Shown piece after piece: positions 1 through 15,266 of a stretch of 64,000 nt of DNA; position 1 is the stretch's first letter, and every line of letters starts with the position of its first letter. The position numbers were made by a program, and so were the translations under genes. Origin of the DNA: Moniliella sp. 'wahieum' (taxonomy: Eukaryota). Location of the stretch: assembly GCA_003971905.1 (NCBI GenBank), contig RSEE01000127.1, positions 1 to 64,000 on the forward strand. The letters run 5' to 3'. The notes under the pieces were generated by a model. It did not search any database. It was not told the DNA's origin and saw nothing but the letters and a program-made list of their open reading frames with translations.

Positions 1-52
1 CGGCGTACCAGTCGGCGGACGAGCCGGAGAAGGCGCGTGGGGTGTGGGACAT
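1..52 (-). CDS. Possible 5' end of a gene running off the left edge (MSHTPRAFSGSSADWYA...)
   Basis: ATG at 52 on the minus strand, open to the window edge and preceded by a ~130-nt CT-rich tract (61-190) typical of fungal core promoters/5' UTRs. Confidence 0.3.
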   Translation of the reverse strand, partial: MSHTPRAFSGSSADWYA

Positions 53-1268
53 GCCGGCGGAGGGGTGGGGATGAAGGAGGAGGAGGAGGGGAAGGAGGAG
101 AGAAGAAGAAGAGGGCGGAAGAAGAAGAGGAGGAGGCGGGAGGAGGAAGAAGAAGAGGAGGAAGAAAAGAGGAGGATGAAGATGGGGATGAGGAGGGCAG
201 CTGGCAGGTGGGCGGTGTGCGGTGGACGAGTGGCGCGTGGGGGGCTCGGGTGTCTGAAAGTTGCAGACGACGCGCCCAGTGCAAGTTGAACGTTCAGGTG
301 ACAGCGCCGCACACTGCCCCTGTGGCTCTGGCTTTGGCCCACCGACCCCGCCGCCCAGGCGCAGGCTGTATTCATCGATCATCCCCTCTGCCACGCCCAG
401 CACCACGCTGCGTAGGTGTCTGTAGCTGCCCAACACCCCCTCCCACCCGCCTCCTCTGGCCGGCGGCTACGGCCACATGGAGCACGAGGAAGTGCTATCG
501 GACGACTCCGCTTGCTTTGTTGGAGGTAGCGCTAGGCTTCTCCTGCGCGACCCTCAGTGGATCGGTGACGCTCTCGCTTAGCCGGTCGGAAGAATTCCAC
601 TCGCAGGGCGCGCACGCCCTGCTCGCTCCATCTCCCTTCTAGCTCTCCTGTCTCTTTCCCTTCAGGCGTTGCTTGAAGACTTGGGGCTCACCACTTTGCC
701 TTCACGCCTTGTCTGACGGCTTGCAGCTGATCCATAGCATCGCGAGTGCTCCCAAGTCGCACTCTAGCAGCTTCGTCTGCTTCGCTCTGTTAACATCGAA
801 TACCAGTGCGATGGGGCTTGGATAGGAGGGGGTTACCAAAAAGGGGTCAACCAACAGTTAGCATCCTCGATCAGTGGGAATCCTTTATCCCACCTTCCAT
901 TTGGAGCATGGTGCGCGCCGGCGCTTGGACGCACTGAACATTGGGCGATGGCCAGCCGCCCAGGGCAGAGGACGAGCATCCCGCACGCTCGCTGGCGTGT
1001 GTGGGCACTGGCTCGTGCGCCGTGCCTCCCACATAGCCCAGGTCGCGCCCTCTGTCAGCCCCACCGCCCCTGGGCATGATAGATCGCATGGCGAGGCACA
1101 GGCGGCGGGCACGTGCGTGTGCTGGCCACTGCCCAACACACCGCCCCGCCCCGCACACCCACACCCACACAGCACACTCGCGTATATAACCCCCGCCCAG
1201 CCCAGCGCCTCGGCTGCGCTGGCCACTCCCCCCCCACTCCCCCCCCACCCCCCCCCCCCCCCCCCGCC

Positions 1269-3563
1269 ATGCCCCCGCCCCACGCCTCCCGCCACCGCGC
1301 CAGCAAGAAGGAGAAGGACGAGGTGCGTGCTCCTCCGCCCGCCGCGCCTGCTCCCCCCCCTAACCCCTACCCCCGTATCTGCGCCTCTCCAGGCCATCCG
1401 CACACGCGCCCAGCTCGAGCTGCAGCGCAAGCGCCCCGCCCCCAGCCGCTTCTCCCCGCCCCCGCCCCTGCCCCCGCCTCCGCCCTCCCCCCCCCAGCCC
1501 GGCACCGTCGCCGCCCTCCAGCCCTCGGCCGCACTCACCGTCCCCGCCTACATCACCGTCGCCGACGCCAGCCAGCTGTGCGCCGCCAAGCGCGCGGACT
1601 GTGTGCTGGTCGTAGACGAGTACCAGCGTCTGATCGGCATATTTACCGCCAAGGACCTTGCGTTCCGCGTACGTTCGTCTGCCCTCCCTCTCCCTTGCGG
1701 GTGTGTGGTGGTGCTGGAACGCAGTGCTGACCGACCACTCGGTGGCGTTCCCTCCCTCCCCCCCAGGCTGTGGCCCAGACCATCGACACGCGCTCCACGC
1801 CTGTGCGCGAGATTATGACGCCCACGCCATTGGTCACGCGCGATAGCATGTCCGCCACCGAGGCGCTCAACACCATGGTCTCGCGCGGCTTCCGTCACCT
1901 GCCCGTGTGCAACGACGAGGGGGACATTGTGGGTCTGCTGGACATTGCCAGGTGTTTTACGAGGCGCTGGAGAAACTGGAGCGCGCCGATTCCAGTAGTC
2001 AAACGTTGTACCATGCCATCGAAGGCGTCCAGACCGAATGGGGTACCGCTGCCGTCGGACCTCAGACGTCCATGATGGCGTACATCCAGGCGCTGCGAGA
2101 CAAGATGGCCCTGCCGGACCTGAGCAGTTGTTTGGGTCAAGGCACTGAACCCTGCACCGTCGGCGTTCGCACTTCGGTACTTGATGCGGCGCGTATGATG
2201 AAGCAGCACCGCACTACTGCAGTGTGTGTGAAGCGTGGTCCTGACGCCAGTACGGCCCGATCGCAGGCATATTTACCTCGAAAGAGTTGTGTTGCGGGTG
2301 CTTGCAGCAGGTCTGGACCCCGCACGTGCAGCGTGGTACGGGTCATGACTCCTCACCCTGACACGGCGCCGCCCGAGATGAGCATCCAGATGGCGCTACG
2401 CAAGATGCACGACGGCCATTACCTCAACTTGCCTGTCTTGGACATGAGGCTCGCCTGGTGGGCGTGTGGATGTGCTGCGCCTGACGTGGAGGACGCTGGA
2501 GCAGATCAACGCCATGGCGGACGAGAGCGCGTCCGATGGTAATGGCAATGGCAATGGAGGACCGATGTGGAATCAGTTTTGGAACAGTTTTGGTTTGGCC
2601 TCCTATACGGGGTCGATGGGGACCACATTGGCTGATATCGATTCGATTGGTTCGCAGGACCTTGTTGTTGACCCCGAGCTTTCGGATGCACCCTTCCATC
2701 CGGAAGCAGAAGCAGGCGGGCGTCCGGGAAACTTGGCATGGGATGCTTCCCCGCCTGACAGTGTTTCGTCCGTTGCGGCCAAGCAAGCAGCCAAGGACGC
2801 CGGCTCAACGACCCACGACAGTAACTCCAAAGTCGGAGGCGCGTCGGACGAGTGCTTGGAACCCCAAACGCTGGAAGATGATGGTTCGTATCTATTTAAG
2901 TTTACCACTCCCGCAAGCGCACGCACCGCTTCCAAGCTCAGTACGACAACCTAGAGGAAGTGCGCAAAATCGTCTCGCTCAAATTGACCGAGGACGAGTT
3001 CTTTATGCCGCCCACTCCGGTGCAGAGCAACGTACCGACCAATGGACCAGACCCATGTGACTTTAAACTGGCGTACGAGGATGACGAAGGAGACGATGTG
3101 ATAATTTCCTCAGACCAAGACTTGCTGGACGCAGTCCAGCTCGCCTGCCACTTGGGCAAAGACCGTGTTACACTCCATTTTCATGGTGGCCCCACGTGGA
3201 GCGCCAGTAGTAGTAGTAGTTTCTCCGACTCACTTTGGAATCCGAATGCGTCCCAGGCCGAGATGACACCCCAAGCTCAACCACAACCCCAACCCCAACC
3301 CCAACCCCAGTCCCACAAGCGGGGGGCACAGCGCCTACCAGCAGCCCCCCGTACTCTTGTCGTTCCTACATCCACCTCATCCGACCTGTCTGTTAGGACT
3401 ATCGCCTCTGACGACCGTCCACGGCGCAAACGGTCCCGCAACCGCTCCCACGGAGGACGAACTGCTGTTTGGACTGGTCCCGAAGGACCTGGCGCTGCCC
3501 GCTGCCATTGGCTTTCTGGGCGTCACAGTACTGGTTGCTGTCACCTTGTCGCGATCATCATGA
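1269..3563 (+). CDS. CBS-domain + PB1-domain protein with C-terminal membrane anchor (Mug70-like)
   Basis: CBS repeats (CVLVVDEYQRLIGIFTAKDLAFR; FRHLPVCNDEGDIVGLLDI; VMTPHPDTAPP...LNLPVLD), PB1 acidic motif LAYEDDEGDDVIISSDQDL and hydrophobic tail LPAAIGFLGVTVLVAVTLSRSS*. Introns at 1323-1392 and 1669-1766; several frameshifts. Confidence 0.8.
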
Positions 3564-4569
3564 AGAGAGGTTAATGTGGTACGCGGATAACAAGGTGCTG
3601 GTAGGCCAACAAGCTCTTTCTAACCCCCAACACCCAACACCCAACACCCAACACCCAATACGCAGCTGGGTCCCAACCCCACTCTCTCTTTTTTCTCGCC
3701 TTGTTTCCACTGGCTGTTCACCCATTTTACCAACCTACTGTCGCGTTGCCCCTTTCTCTCCTTGAGCTGACCGTTCGCTACCAGACCCTAACTTACTACT
3801 TACTACTACTGACCTACTACTCGCTTCCAACTCTGATCGTCCCTGTCTGTTGAACTCTTTACCTGTATCCTGTCTGATGCCTGCATGATGATTCAGGCTG
3901 AATTTTGTACTCCCTGCACGTCCCCTGGCCGGGGTTGAAATCTACTACTACTGTACTCTCATTACTCACTACTCCTACTCATTACTCGCCACTCGCTCAC
4001 TCTTTCGTGTCAGAGTAGTTCGTCCTGCGGCCCCATCGTTCCTTCTACTACCTCACAATCGTTCCCTGTGGCTACTTTTTTCATGGAAGGCATCAAGCAT
4101 CCAAGAGCTCGTTTTGGTGTCCGCGCATCTACAGAGCGGGAGTTGGACTTGTCGTCCATTGCGGTCGGACAAAACAGTGCAAGGTCATAGGGTCGTGGGC
4201 CAGCGTCGCGTATACACGCGTTGGTGGAGAATGGGTGCTGGAAGTACTAAGCCACCGACTGTACGTGAACGAGCTGATGTGGCACTCAGTGGTACGCACG
4301 ACTGGCAGCTGTCAGTGCCTACACAGGGTGGTTGGAGAGCGCCGAGTCAACTGCGTGATGCCCATGAGCTGCATCTATGAGGGCATGCTGCGTCTCTGAA
4401 CTTAGTACTTAGACCAATTACTAGTTACCTGAAGCTTGAAGCCCTGCATGTATTGTTTTCAGGCCGAACAAGAGGAGCTACAGGTGGTATACGGAAGAAC
4501 GAATATGCTCGTACTCTAATGCATGTCCCGACCAAGCAACCGAGTGTCCACCACAGCAGCTCTCGTGGT

Positions 4570-7500
4570 CTACTCCTCCGCCACACCCTCCCATCGCCCC
4601 AGTTCATCTGCCAACGCGTCCACCAAGCCCTGCAGCTCGGCCTGGTCCATGGTGGGGTCGCTGCACACAATGCCTACCGACAGCACGCTGTGTCGAAGCG
4701 CGACATCGATCGTGACTGAAGGCTGAACCGGTGGTGCGGCATCCTCCGGCCAGTCGATCGCCGTTCGACCAGGCATGGGCGGCTGGGTAGTGTAGAATCC
4801 AGTATCGCGTCCGAGCGCATAAGGGCGAAGCAGCTCATCTTCCTGTCGTTCGGGCCCAGCGCCATGCGGAAGAAGTAGGTTGAGCGTCACGTCCGTTTGT
4901 GCTGGGGAGGTGATCTGGGCCTGTCCCAGCTGGGCATGGGCAACGAGTGCGCGTTGGATCGTGTCAAGTCCTTCTTTCTCCTTCTCCACCCCAAACGAGA
5001 GCGGGTGAGCAATGGTAGTGAACCCAGCTAGGCCATCTAGCCCCTCAAACCCACACGCCCGTCCTGAGGCTAAGAAACGCAGTGTCGGATGGGTGGTGTG
5101 GGTATGCGCAGCAAGCACTTTCCCTACCGCAAAGGTAAGTAGGTGCGCGAGTCCTACTCCGTACGCCCGACTGATCCGCTCCAACCCGCTCACATCCTCC
5201 GATAGCACACCACGCACAAGTACTTGTCCATCTGCTTGGCCTGGAGAAGAACGGCAGACCAGCGTGTCCTCTGCGCCTGCCAGCAGAGTCAAATAGGAAG
5301 ACACGGCATTGGGATCGATCGATCGCAAAGCATAGTCCACAAAGTCGGTCCAGAGCGCCGGCGGCGGAAGAGCAAGGCAGGTCGCACCACCTAAGATCGC
5401 ACTGAGTTCCCGAGCTAGCATGCGGATCGTTGGAGGGTCGTACTGCGCGTGGTGGGCAGTGAACAGGATCATGTCGCCTTGTGGGCTGGAGAGGTGCGTG
5501 AGCCGTCCGGGGGAAGAAAAAAAGTCAGTGGGAGTAGCGTTGAGGTGGAGCATCTGATCAAATGCAGCTTCAGCACGATCACGAGCTGAAGTGGTAGGTA
5601 CCACCACTCTCTCCACTGCTCGATGCCACACACCAGGCGCCAACACCACCTGAACCAACTTGTCATCTGGGGTGCGCACAAACGTGCTCCGCAACACTTG
5701 ATGCCGGTCCCGCACTGTCCTCCACGCCTTCTCCACCAGATCGGGGTCCAACTCAACCCCGCTGTCCCATACAAAGGTAGCTTCCATAAACCGGCGCTGC
5801 CGAAGCACAAACTCGTCCAGCGTCATAGCTTGACGAGGTAACGTGGGCACCACGGCCTCGACCAACTCGGCATCTAGACCAAGCACGTCTAGTGCTGCAT
5901 CCCGCTGAACCTCCTCCACCAATACCCTTTCTCCACGTACTGGAGCCTGGACCGTCCGAGTCATACGCGCCACCGTGCGCGCTGCGAGTAGATCGTGGGG
6001 TGTGATCAATAGGCCGTGGGCACGAGCTTGAAATGCAACTGCAATAGCCAACAATGAGTCGAGGCCTAGGAGAAAGAGATTGGTGCAGGAGCAAACTGTG
6101 TCCTGGGATACTTGCAGCTTGGCCGACAGGGCACTGGTCACGATTGCCCTCTCGGTGTCGGTCAAGGCCTGGCGGCCAGGACCAAGGTCGTTGGTACCCT
6201 CCACCTCAGCAGGATGCAGAGGCAGGTGCGCTAGTCCCTCGGGAACGCGCCAGCAGGACGGTGGGGATGAGAAAGAAGGTCTTCAATCGTCTTTGCTAGG
6301 TCATCCGCCGCTTCCGTCATGCACCCTTGTGGTGCACCAAGCCGGATGCGCATCCCATCAGCATCGAGCACGACCGATACGTTGATGGGATACTCTGATG
6401 CCGCTTCGGCTGTTTCGGTGGTAGGATGAGGCGCACGGGTCCACACGTCGTCATTGGCGTTGGGACGCGCTTCCGTCGCGTTGTGGAAGACAAGCAACGT
6501 ATCAAACAAATTGGCAAAGCCTGTTTGCGCACGCCACCAAGCCAATATGGCACTCAAGGGCGCATGATCATATGCTTGCGCTTGACGGAGGTGCTGCTGA
6601 AGTTGCTGCAGGCACTCTAGGTTGGACTGTACAGTCTCCAGTGCGATACGAACGGGAACTGTGTTGATCAAGGGACCAGAGACGTCCTCTACTTGCACCC
6701 CGGGTACGGAGAAAAAGCGTCCAGCTACAACTTGGCCAAAACAGACGTCCCGTCTGCCTAGGACCTTGGCCAGCACTTTGGCCCAGGCCAGCTGAGTAAC
6801 AGCTTGAAGGGACACTTGCTGGTTCTGGAAGTAAGTCGGGTTAGTACGTTGATGAAATGCTTAAGAAGGTAAGAAGGAGAACAGAAGACGTACCTTCACA
6901 TGGCCCTGAATCTCACTCAGAGGCATCGTCAGGCGACGCTCGGTTACTGTGTACCCAGTCTCTCCCGCCGCCACGACAGAGGCAGAGGAGCAACCATGGA
7001 GCGTCTGCGTCCAGTGACTGACAGCGCTCTCCGTTTGCTCGTGAAGATAGGTCGCCACAACAGAGAAGGCCGTCCGAGCGGGGATCGATTCCCCTAGATA
7101 CAAGAGACGCAGATCGCCAAAGAGAGCTGGAAGGGATACACCGTCATACAAGGCATGATGCATGGACAAGATCAAATAAGTTGCCCCTTCCTCCTCGTCC
7201 TCCATCACCCTCGCTCTCCACGGGGGGGTTGCCAACTGCTCCGGTGCCTCAAAGGAGAGGCTGTGAGGAACGTGGGAGAGCGCGCCCACAACCCGTTCCA
7301 ATTGGGGACCGGTGGGAAAGACGTGCGCCTGCCAAGTAGTGCTGAGCGAGAAACCCGTGCGTAAAATGTCCCGAGCAGCCACCAGTTGGTCCACAGCGCG
7401 ACCCAGCTGGTCTACCTTCACCTCGGGGCGCAGGCGCACAATGTGATGGTGAACATAAAGGTCGTGATTGGGAGACGCCAAGGTACCGTTCAACATACCC

Positions 7501-10500
7501 GCTTGAAGTGGGGTGCACGGATAGGAGGCAGGGACCAGCACCTCGACCGGTTGGATCTGTTTGGGTGGTTGCTTCTCGGCCAAGTGCTGGGCCAAGCCAG
7601 CCACATTAGCCGTAGAGAGGACGTCATGGGCACTGACGGCAAGGCCATGTTGCTTGCGCAGTTGGGCGGCAAAGCGTAGAGCGACAATCGAATCAATCCC
7701 TACTCGCAAAAACGGAGTGGTGAGCGTAATGAGGCTTGGATCAACTTGCGTCAAGGCCACAACCATGTCCCGAATCACCAGCTCGGTCGGGGTCATGTCT
7801 CGCTGCGCTGATTCGCACCTCCCAACGCCGGCAGTCTCAATTACTTCTGTGCGTACTAGGCACGGAGGTAGACCCAACGAGATGGTCTCACCAGCTGCAA
7901 ACTGGCCCAGCAAAAGTTCCATTCGTTCCACCACATCCCCCAATGACCCGATTGGTAGCGCATGCTTGACCACCGCCGACAAACGCAAAACTTCCCCCTC
8001 GGCCACCGCCTCGACCGCAGCAGGGGCATCAGTTTCTTCCTCGATTGCATCCACTACCCACGCACGGGCAGTCTTGTCTGCCACCGGCTGAAGGTAGCTG
8101 ACCAGGACATCTGGTAGCGAGCTGCGTTCGGCGGCAAGCCATCGACGAATGGACCGAAGTGGGGTGTGCTGGTACGCGAGCTGTGCCGAGCTTTCCACAT
8201 GAGCCGATTGCACAAGACCAAGGAAGGTATCTGATACGATGCGCGGAAGGGAGAGGGTACAGTGGTCAAACACGGTGCGACAATCTTTTCTGCTCCGGGA
8301 AGGTCGAGAGTGCGACCCCAAAGGACTTGACCCAACACTACATTGGCAGTTCCCAGTGCGGTAGCAAAGGCCGCTGCCACAGCAGCTGTCACAAGCGAAG
8401 GGACCGTCACTTGCGCCCGAGCTGCCGCTTGGACAAGGGGGGCAAGCGGCACTTGAGCCTGAACCCGCTCCAACTGGGGCAACGGTTCTGTCTCCTCCCA
8501 TGGGGACGCCGACAAATCTATCCCACCCAGGGAGGTTTTCCAAAACGCTTGTGCGTCCGTTTGGTCAACAGAGGAAATGTGCACGAGCAGGTCGACCAAA
8601 CCAGGTGGGGCACAGTCCAAGGGCTGATCGGCCAAAAGAGCAGCCAAGTCGTCCAATAACAGCGGAAGCGAATGCGCATCGTACAACGCGTGGTGGAGAT
8701 GAACCGTGATCGTGTCGTCCTCTAATACGAAGCGCCAGGGTGGCACCGTGGCAATTGAGGCCAAGAGGGCGGATGGTTGCATGTTCTGGGTGCCCTCTAC
8801 CACGTGCACCTGAGAGTCAACTTCGGTGGCCACCAGCTGGGCAATTGTGGTGTCATCAACGTGGGCAAAGGATGTGCGGAGGATGGCATGCCTCTGCGCC
8901 AACGCCGTGGCGGCAGCACGGACCCGCTGTACGTCGAGTGCGACAGAAGGGAATCGAACGGCAAAGGAGCCTAGGTAAACATCTTGCTCTGCCTGTTCGG
9001 AGGATATGAGGGAAAGAAAACCATCCCTTCTTGAAGGGGAAGACTGGGAAGAACAGTTTCCAAACGATCGCCCAAGATGGTTTGAGCGGCACGGAGATGC
9101 AACTGTTGAAACGCCTGGAGAACCCGTTGGCCTGGCTCGTTGTCCATGTCAACAGAGTGATTCTCAGCGATCTGGTAGATGCGTGGATGGGTGCGGAGGT
9201 ACGTCATAGGTACCGGCCGTCCTGCATCCCGGAGCGCCCGAGCAAGCCGGATGAGTGTCAGGCTGTCAAAGCCCAACTCAAAGATGGATGTCTCGGGTGT
9301 AACAGGGAAAGGGGAGGGCAAAAGAGCCAAAGCAATATCCGCTACCTCGCGCTCGCTTTCGTTCAACTCGCGCGAGGTAGGTTCAGCGTCGAGGGCGAAA
9401 AGTTGCTCCAGCGGCAGCTCTTTGACCCATGCCGACAGCCTACGAACGTCCGTCTTGCCCGAAATCGCGAGTAAGGTGAGATGCGATACGGGCAGAACCA
9501 AGTCAGGGACCAATAACTCGGCAAATGTTCCTCACAGTACCGTTTCGCACGAAGCGCCAATTGCCCTAGCTCCGTCTGTGCTCCCAACAAAACGGGAAGA
9601 TCTGGTGTGGCCATCGATGCCTGATCAGCCAGCAGGGTGAAGAGCAAAGGGGTGGCCAGACGCTCGTGCTTAACGATCAAGGTGGTGGCGTTGGCTTTAC
9701 CTTCGACGCCATCCAGGGCGCATTGGGATACCTCACCCGGTTCCAACCGTTGTCCTCGGATCTTGGCCTGCTCGTCCCGTCGGCCGAGGTAGTGCAGACG
9801 GCCATCCGGCATCATACGCGCAGCGTCCCCTGTGCGGTACAATCGCTGACCGTCAGGTAAGGTCAGGAAACCTGAGGGCAAGGAAGGATCACGGTTGAGG
9901 TACCCTTGAGCGACCAAGTCGCCCACGATGCACAGCTCGCCTATGCGCCCTCGTAGCACTGGCTGAACCAACGGATCGTCAAATTCAGCCACGAGTGCCG
10001 TGTTGCCAGGTAGAACGGGGCCAATGTCGCGTGTGGTTGAACGGGTGGACTCGGGCGGAAGAGCACATGATGGTTGTTTCTGTGGGTCCGTACGCATTGA
10101 GCACAGGAAGAGCGGTCAACGTATCCCGTACCCGTTCTGTCAACTTTTCCCCTCCCACGCCAATAAACACGAGCGAGAGATCTCCTGCGGGTCGACCCCG
10201 GCCTGATCTAGGAGCGATGGGACGCAGCTCAGGTGAGAGATGCGGAGAACCTGAGCGGTAGCCTTAAGGTCGCCAAGCAAAGTGGGCGGTAGCCCGTGAC
10301 GAGAGCCAAGCCAAAACGCCATGCCATAAAGGTTTGGGACAGATGCACGTCAAATGCCCGGCTGGCCAGGCCGAGGTACCGCCCTTTTCCACCCAAGGAA
10401 AGAGTGGCAGGACACTCACGCCCAAGCACTTGGGCATACGCTTCAATGAAGGTACCTAGGTTGCGCCTGCCAACCAGCACCCCCCCCTTGGGCTTTCCTG

Positions 10501-11601
10501 TTGATCCCGAGTGTACAGTACATAGGCGCCCGATTCGGGCGAGGGCGTTGGCCGCTCGGGTGAAAGCGCCTCAGGGACAAGCGGGAAAGGGTGAGAAACG
10601 TCAAGGACGGGACAGGGAACGTCGACACCCAAGACGTTATCTTCTGAAATGATGAGGGCGCAGCCGCTGTCGAGGGCCAGGTGCCGTTTGCGTTCTCCAG
10701 GAAGCTGCTCGTCGATAGGCAGATAAGCGCGACCCGTCTTGAAGATTGCAACGAGGGCAGCAGTGGAGATCAGAGTGCGGGGCATGCACAGTCCCACCGG
10801 CCCATCACCTTGAGCTAGGGCGTCAATGAGCGCAGCCAATTCGTCGGCTTTGCGTTGAGCTCCCCGTAGTCCAAGACTCTAACCTTGGCTTGGTTGATCA
10901 TCCCGTCTTCCGAGCTCGCAATGACGATGGCTTCCCATTCGGGGTGCACACTGGTCCAGTGGGAAAACCAATGCAGGGGATCATCGTGCGGGGTGTGACC
11001 TTCGGCCCACGAAGAGGAGTAGAACATAAGGGAAGGATCTTGTAGCGTAGAGTTTGTTCCTGGGCTACCGCAAGGATCTGACGCAACATGAGCTGCACGA
11101 CCGAGCTATCCATCAACATGCCTGAGCCGAGAGGACTACTTTTTCATCGCAAATGCCCAGGTCGGTACTGCCCATGGCACGTTCTGCCCGTTCCAAAGGC
11201 TGATGCAGCTGTGGGAGTGAGGCTCTCTGCAGTCGCACGATCGATCGACTGGAAAGCAGAGACGAATTGATCTCGTGGGCGTAGCGATCGCGGCAGGGGC
11301 CAAAAACGAGGCGAGGCATAGGTTGCCATCCTCGTCGATCTGGCCGAGGAGCACATGAGCATCTTTGTCCTTGTTCACTTCCACGTACTGGCCAAGACGA
11401 CAGCAAATGCCTCAATCAACGTGGACGGAGCGAATGGGGTACTGTCAACGAACCGAGTCGACAATGATTTTGTCCTCAGGTGCTTTGGTCAAGGTAAGAT
11501 CCGAGAGCGAGCTGGCCAGGCCGCGGGCGTGATGAGGTCGCTATCCTTGGCAAGGCGACTGAGCCGCTAAGCTGGTCGGGTTCGGGCTCCGCGAGCAACA
11601 T
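4570..11601 (-). CDS. Siderophore NRPS with domain order A-T-C-T-C-T-C
   Basis: One A domain (AYVLYT..., FDVH, GGE, NAYGPTE, GEL, YRTGD, GRRDEQAKIRGQRLEPGEV), three T domains (ELGFDSL, RVGIDSI, LLGLDSL) and three C domains (HHALYDA, HHALYDG, HHAQYDP). Probable ATG at 11601 just after a ttccag acceptor; intron near 6830-6890; many frameshifts. Confidence 0.9.
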
Positions 11602-12893
11602 GGAACTGGAAAAAAATCTGACGTGTTAATTAACCAAGTGGCATAGCAAACAGAGGAGGAAGCGAAGGCCTCAGCCCAAGAGGTAAGACCAGAGTGGATG
11701 GCCCGCAACCAACAACGGTTGGCATACTACGCAGACGAAAACAGCTGCAGTTGCAGAGCAATAAGGTAGACGAGAAAGGGGGAGACGTATAGGTGGGTGC
11801 TTGGAAAGCAAGAGCAACAAACGCGAGCAATCAGCCGGAGTTGCGAAAGAGAAAGACAGGACATGTGACCGGGTGGCCTGGAAAGTAATAGACTGTGGGG
11901 CCAAGAGTGTTGAGCAGGCGCCAACAGCGAGGGTGAGGGCAACGGTGTGGGCGAAGCAAAAAGGGAAGAGCGACAGGTGGGGGAGGAAGTTGGTAGCGGG
12001 AGAATAGGCGCAAGAGGCGAGTTAGAAAGGAGCTAGGAACTCAATACGGGCAGTATTTGGGCGACGGTATGCAAGTTCAGGCACTGTTGGAGCTTGAAGC
12101 CTCCTTGGCGTGAAGCTTGAATGGGTTTGAGTTTTGAGAGGGGTATGCAGTATGCAGTCTGGACTAGTGAGTGCTGAGCCTCAGCGCTCACGCCGAGCAT
12201 ATGGATCCAAGGCATCCGCGCCGTCCGACGGTCGGAGATCTAGAGATGGACGCCGCAAGGCAAGGCCATGCCATGCCAAGCGTTCCTGCCGCGCCACATG
12301 TTCGCCGTCGCCGCCCTGGCTGTGTCAGGCGCCATGGCGCATCGGGCTTCAGTCGCGTCAGGCCTGCTGGAAGCTTGACGCTTGACGCTGGAAGGCTCAC
12401 AATGCGTGGTGGAGCAAAGGCAAGATCCAGACAGTGATGCACCCCACAGGCACCCACGGGGCTACTATGCAGCTATACGCCCCCCGGAATATTCAGATCC
12501 AGATTTTCCGCTGCCGCTCTGCTTCTGCGTTGCTCTACCGCCCGTGCGCCGCCCGCACGCCCTCACCCCCGCCGCCAGACCTAACCCGTAAACGGTAACC
12601 CCTCGCCCCCTGTTCGGCCGCGGGGCAGCGACGCGCACCATTCATCCATCGACATCCTTCGTCCTTCATCATTGCATCGTTCCTAAGGCCTAAGGCCTCG
12701 TTACTCAGTTGAGTATACTCACCCTCCTCGCAAGCAGCTTGCGCTTCAGCTGTTCCAAGTGGTGCCCATGCGCTGGTCCAGTGCAGATCGATGATTGATG
12801 CATTATGCATGATGCATGATATTGAATCCCGTGAATGATAGGGGTCGGCCAACGCATTCCTATTGCGATGTGAGATCTTAGATCTTAGATCTG

Positions 12894-12902
12894 ATCTGAT
12901 AA
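12894..12902 (+). promoter_or_regulatory. Putative iron-repressor GATA site (ATCTGATAA, SreA/Urbs1-type)
   Basis: Exact match to the ATCWGATAA consensus, in the divergent promoter between the NRPS and the hydratase, preceded by tandem AGATCT. Confidence 0.55.
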
Positions 12903-14161
12903 GAAAAAGGAGGACAACTAAAAAGCATTGATCAGCGCTGAGCCGCTGAGCCTCATCCGTGGCGGGCTCTGTATACGCCGACGAAGACGGCAGCTTTTAA
13001 ATGTCACTGTCTACTTTGTCTTGCACTCAGACTGAACAGTGGAAGAGCTGAGCCAGTGTTTGGATTGCGCCTTCTATACCCTCAGCCTCAGCGGCTCAGA
13101 GTGCTCAGCAGAATCACAACGCCACACTCTATTGCGGCTGATGTAGTCTTGGCTCTCTCCCGAGCGCGACCAGCGACGAATACTCTGTGCCAAGCTCCTC
13201 TCTCGAAGCTGCGAAGCTGCCCTTCACAAGCCTTTCCAATCATTAATCACGCGAACGGTGAGTTGACCAAGCGAGCATCAGTACTCAGTACCAGTGACCA
13301 TCTCCCGCAGGGCGCCAAGAACTTGTCGTGGTGATCGTATCGTGGAATGCCGTTTCTCCTCTGCCCCCCGTAGATGCCATCTCTCAGTTTCATGCGCTTA
13401 GGTCTGTGTGGCTTTCCCCACTCTCTCTTCTCCGACGATGCACGATGCATATGGGAGTGTGTCCCTTTTCCTATGATCGAGATCACCGACCCGCGTATGG
13501 CCCGCACAACATGTATATGCATGCTGTGCACAGTGTGCACAATGAGGCGTGCGACATGTCCCTCTCATCGACATCATCGACATGATCAAACAAAGTGAAC
13601 ATCAGTCATCAGCGCCATCAGCCATCAGCTGCACAGACAAACATCGGTTTGTTCCTTCTCGTCTATTACCTACTTGTTCTTCCCGTACAACCAAATAACA
13701 CGCTGTGTCAGATGCCGCACGTATCGGACGGCCCAAGCTAGAGTGGCTCTAGCTAGTGGCTAGTGCCTGCTTCATAAGCTTCCTATGAAGCATCGTGTCA
13801 AAACACGACCATGCATGAGTCTCATTTTCAGTGAATCTGCCGAAGAGGCCCTAGCCGGCAAACGCTCCAATTCAAATGTAGGTCTTCGGGGCAACGATCA
13901 CATATACACCCCGATCACAGGCCCACGACGTTGTGTGGCGTGGGGCAGAGAATTAAGCTCAGTAACTTAATTTCCTGCGCATGCACATCCCAGTATATAG
14001 AAGCTTCTGTTAAGAGAGTCAGAAGCAAGCCTCTCATTCACTTTTCCTCCTCCTGGCTCTACAGGAGACACTGGCAGTGGGCGTGAGGCTTGAATAATGA
14101 TTGGCCTGGCCCGCCTGCTCCACCATTCCATTCCCTTGCATCCTCTTGGATCAGATTGCAC

Positions 14162-15266
<1,105 letters not shown>

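Noticed and set aside
37..1260. Long Gly/Glu/Pro-rich ORFs
   Set aside because: They arise from purine and poly-C low-complexity tracts in a GC-rich promoter region.
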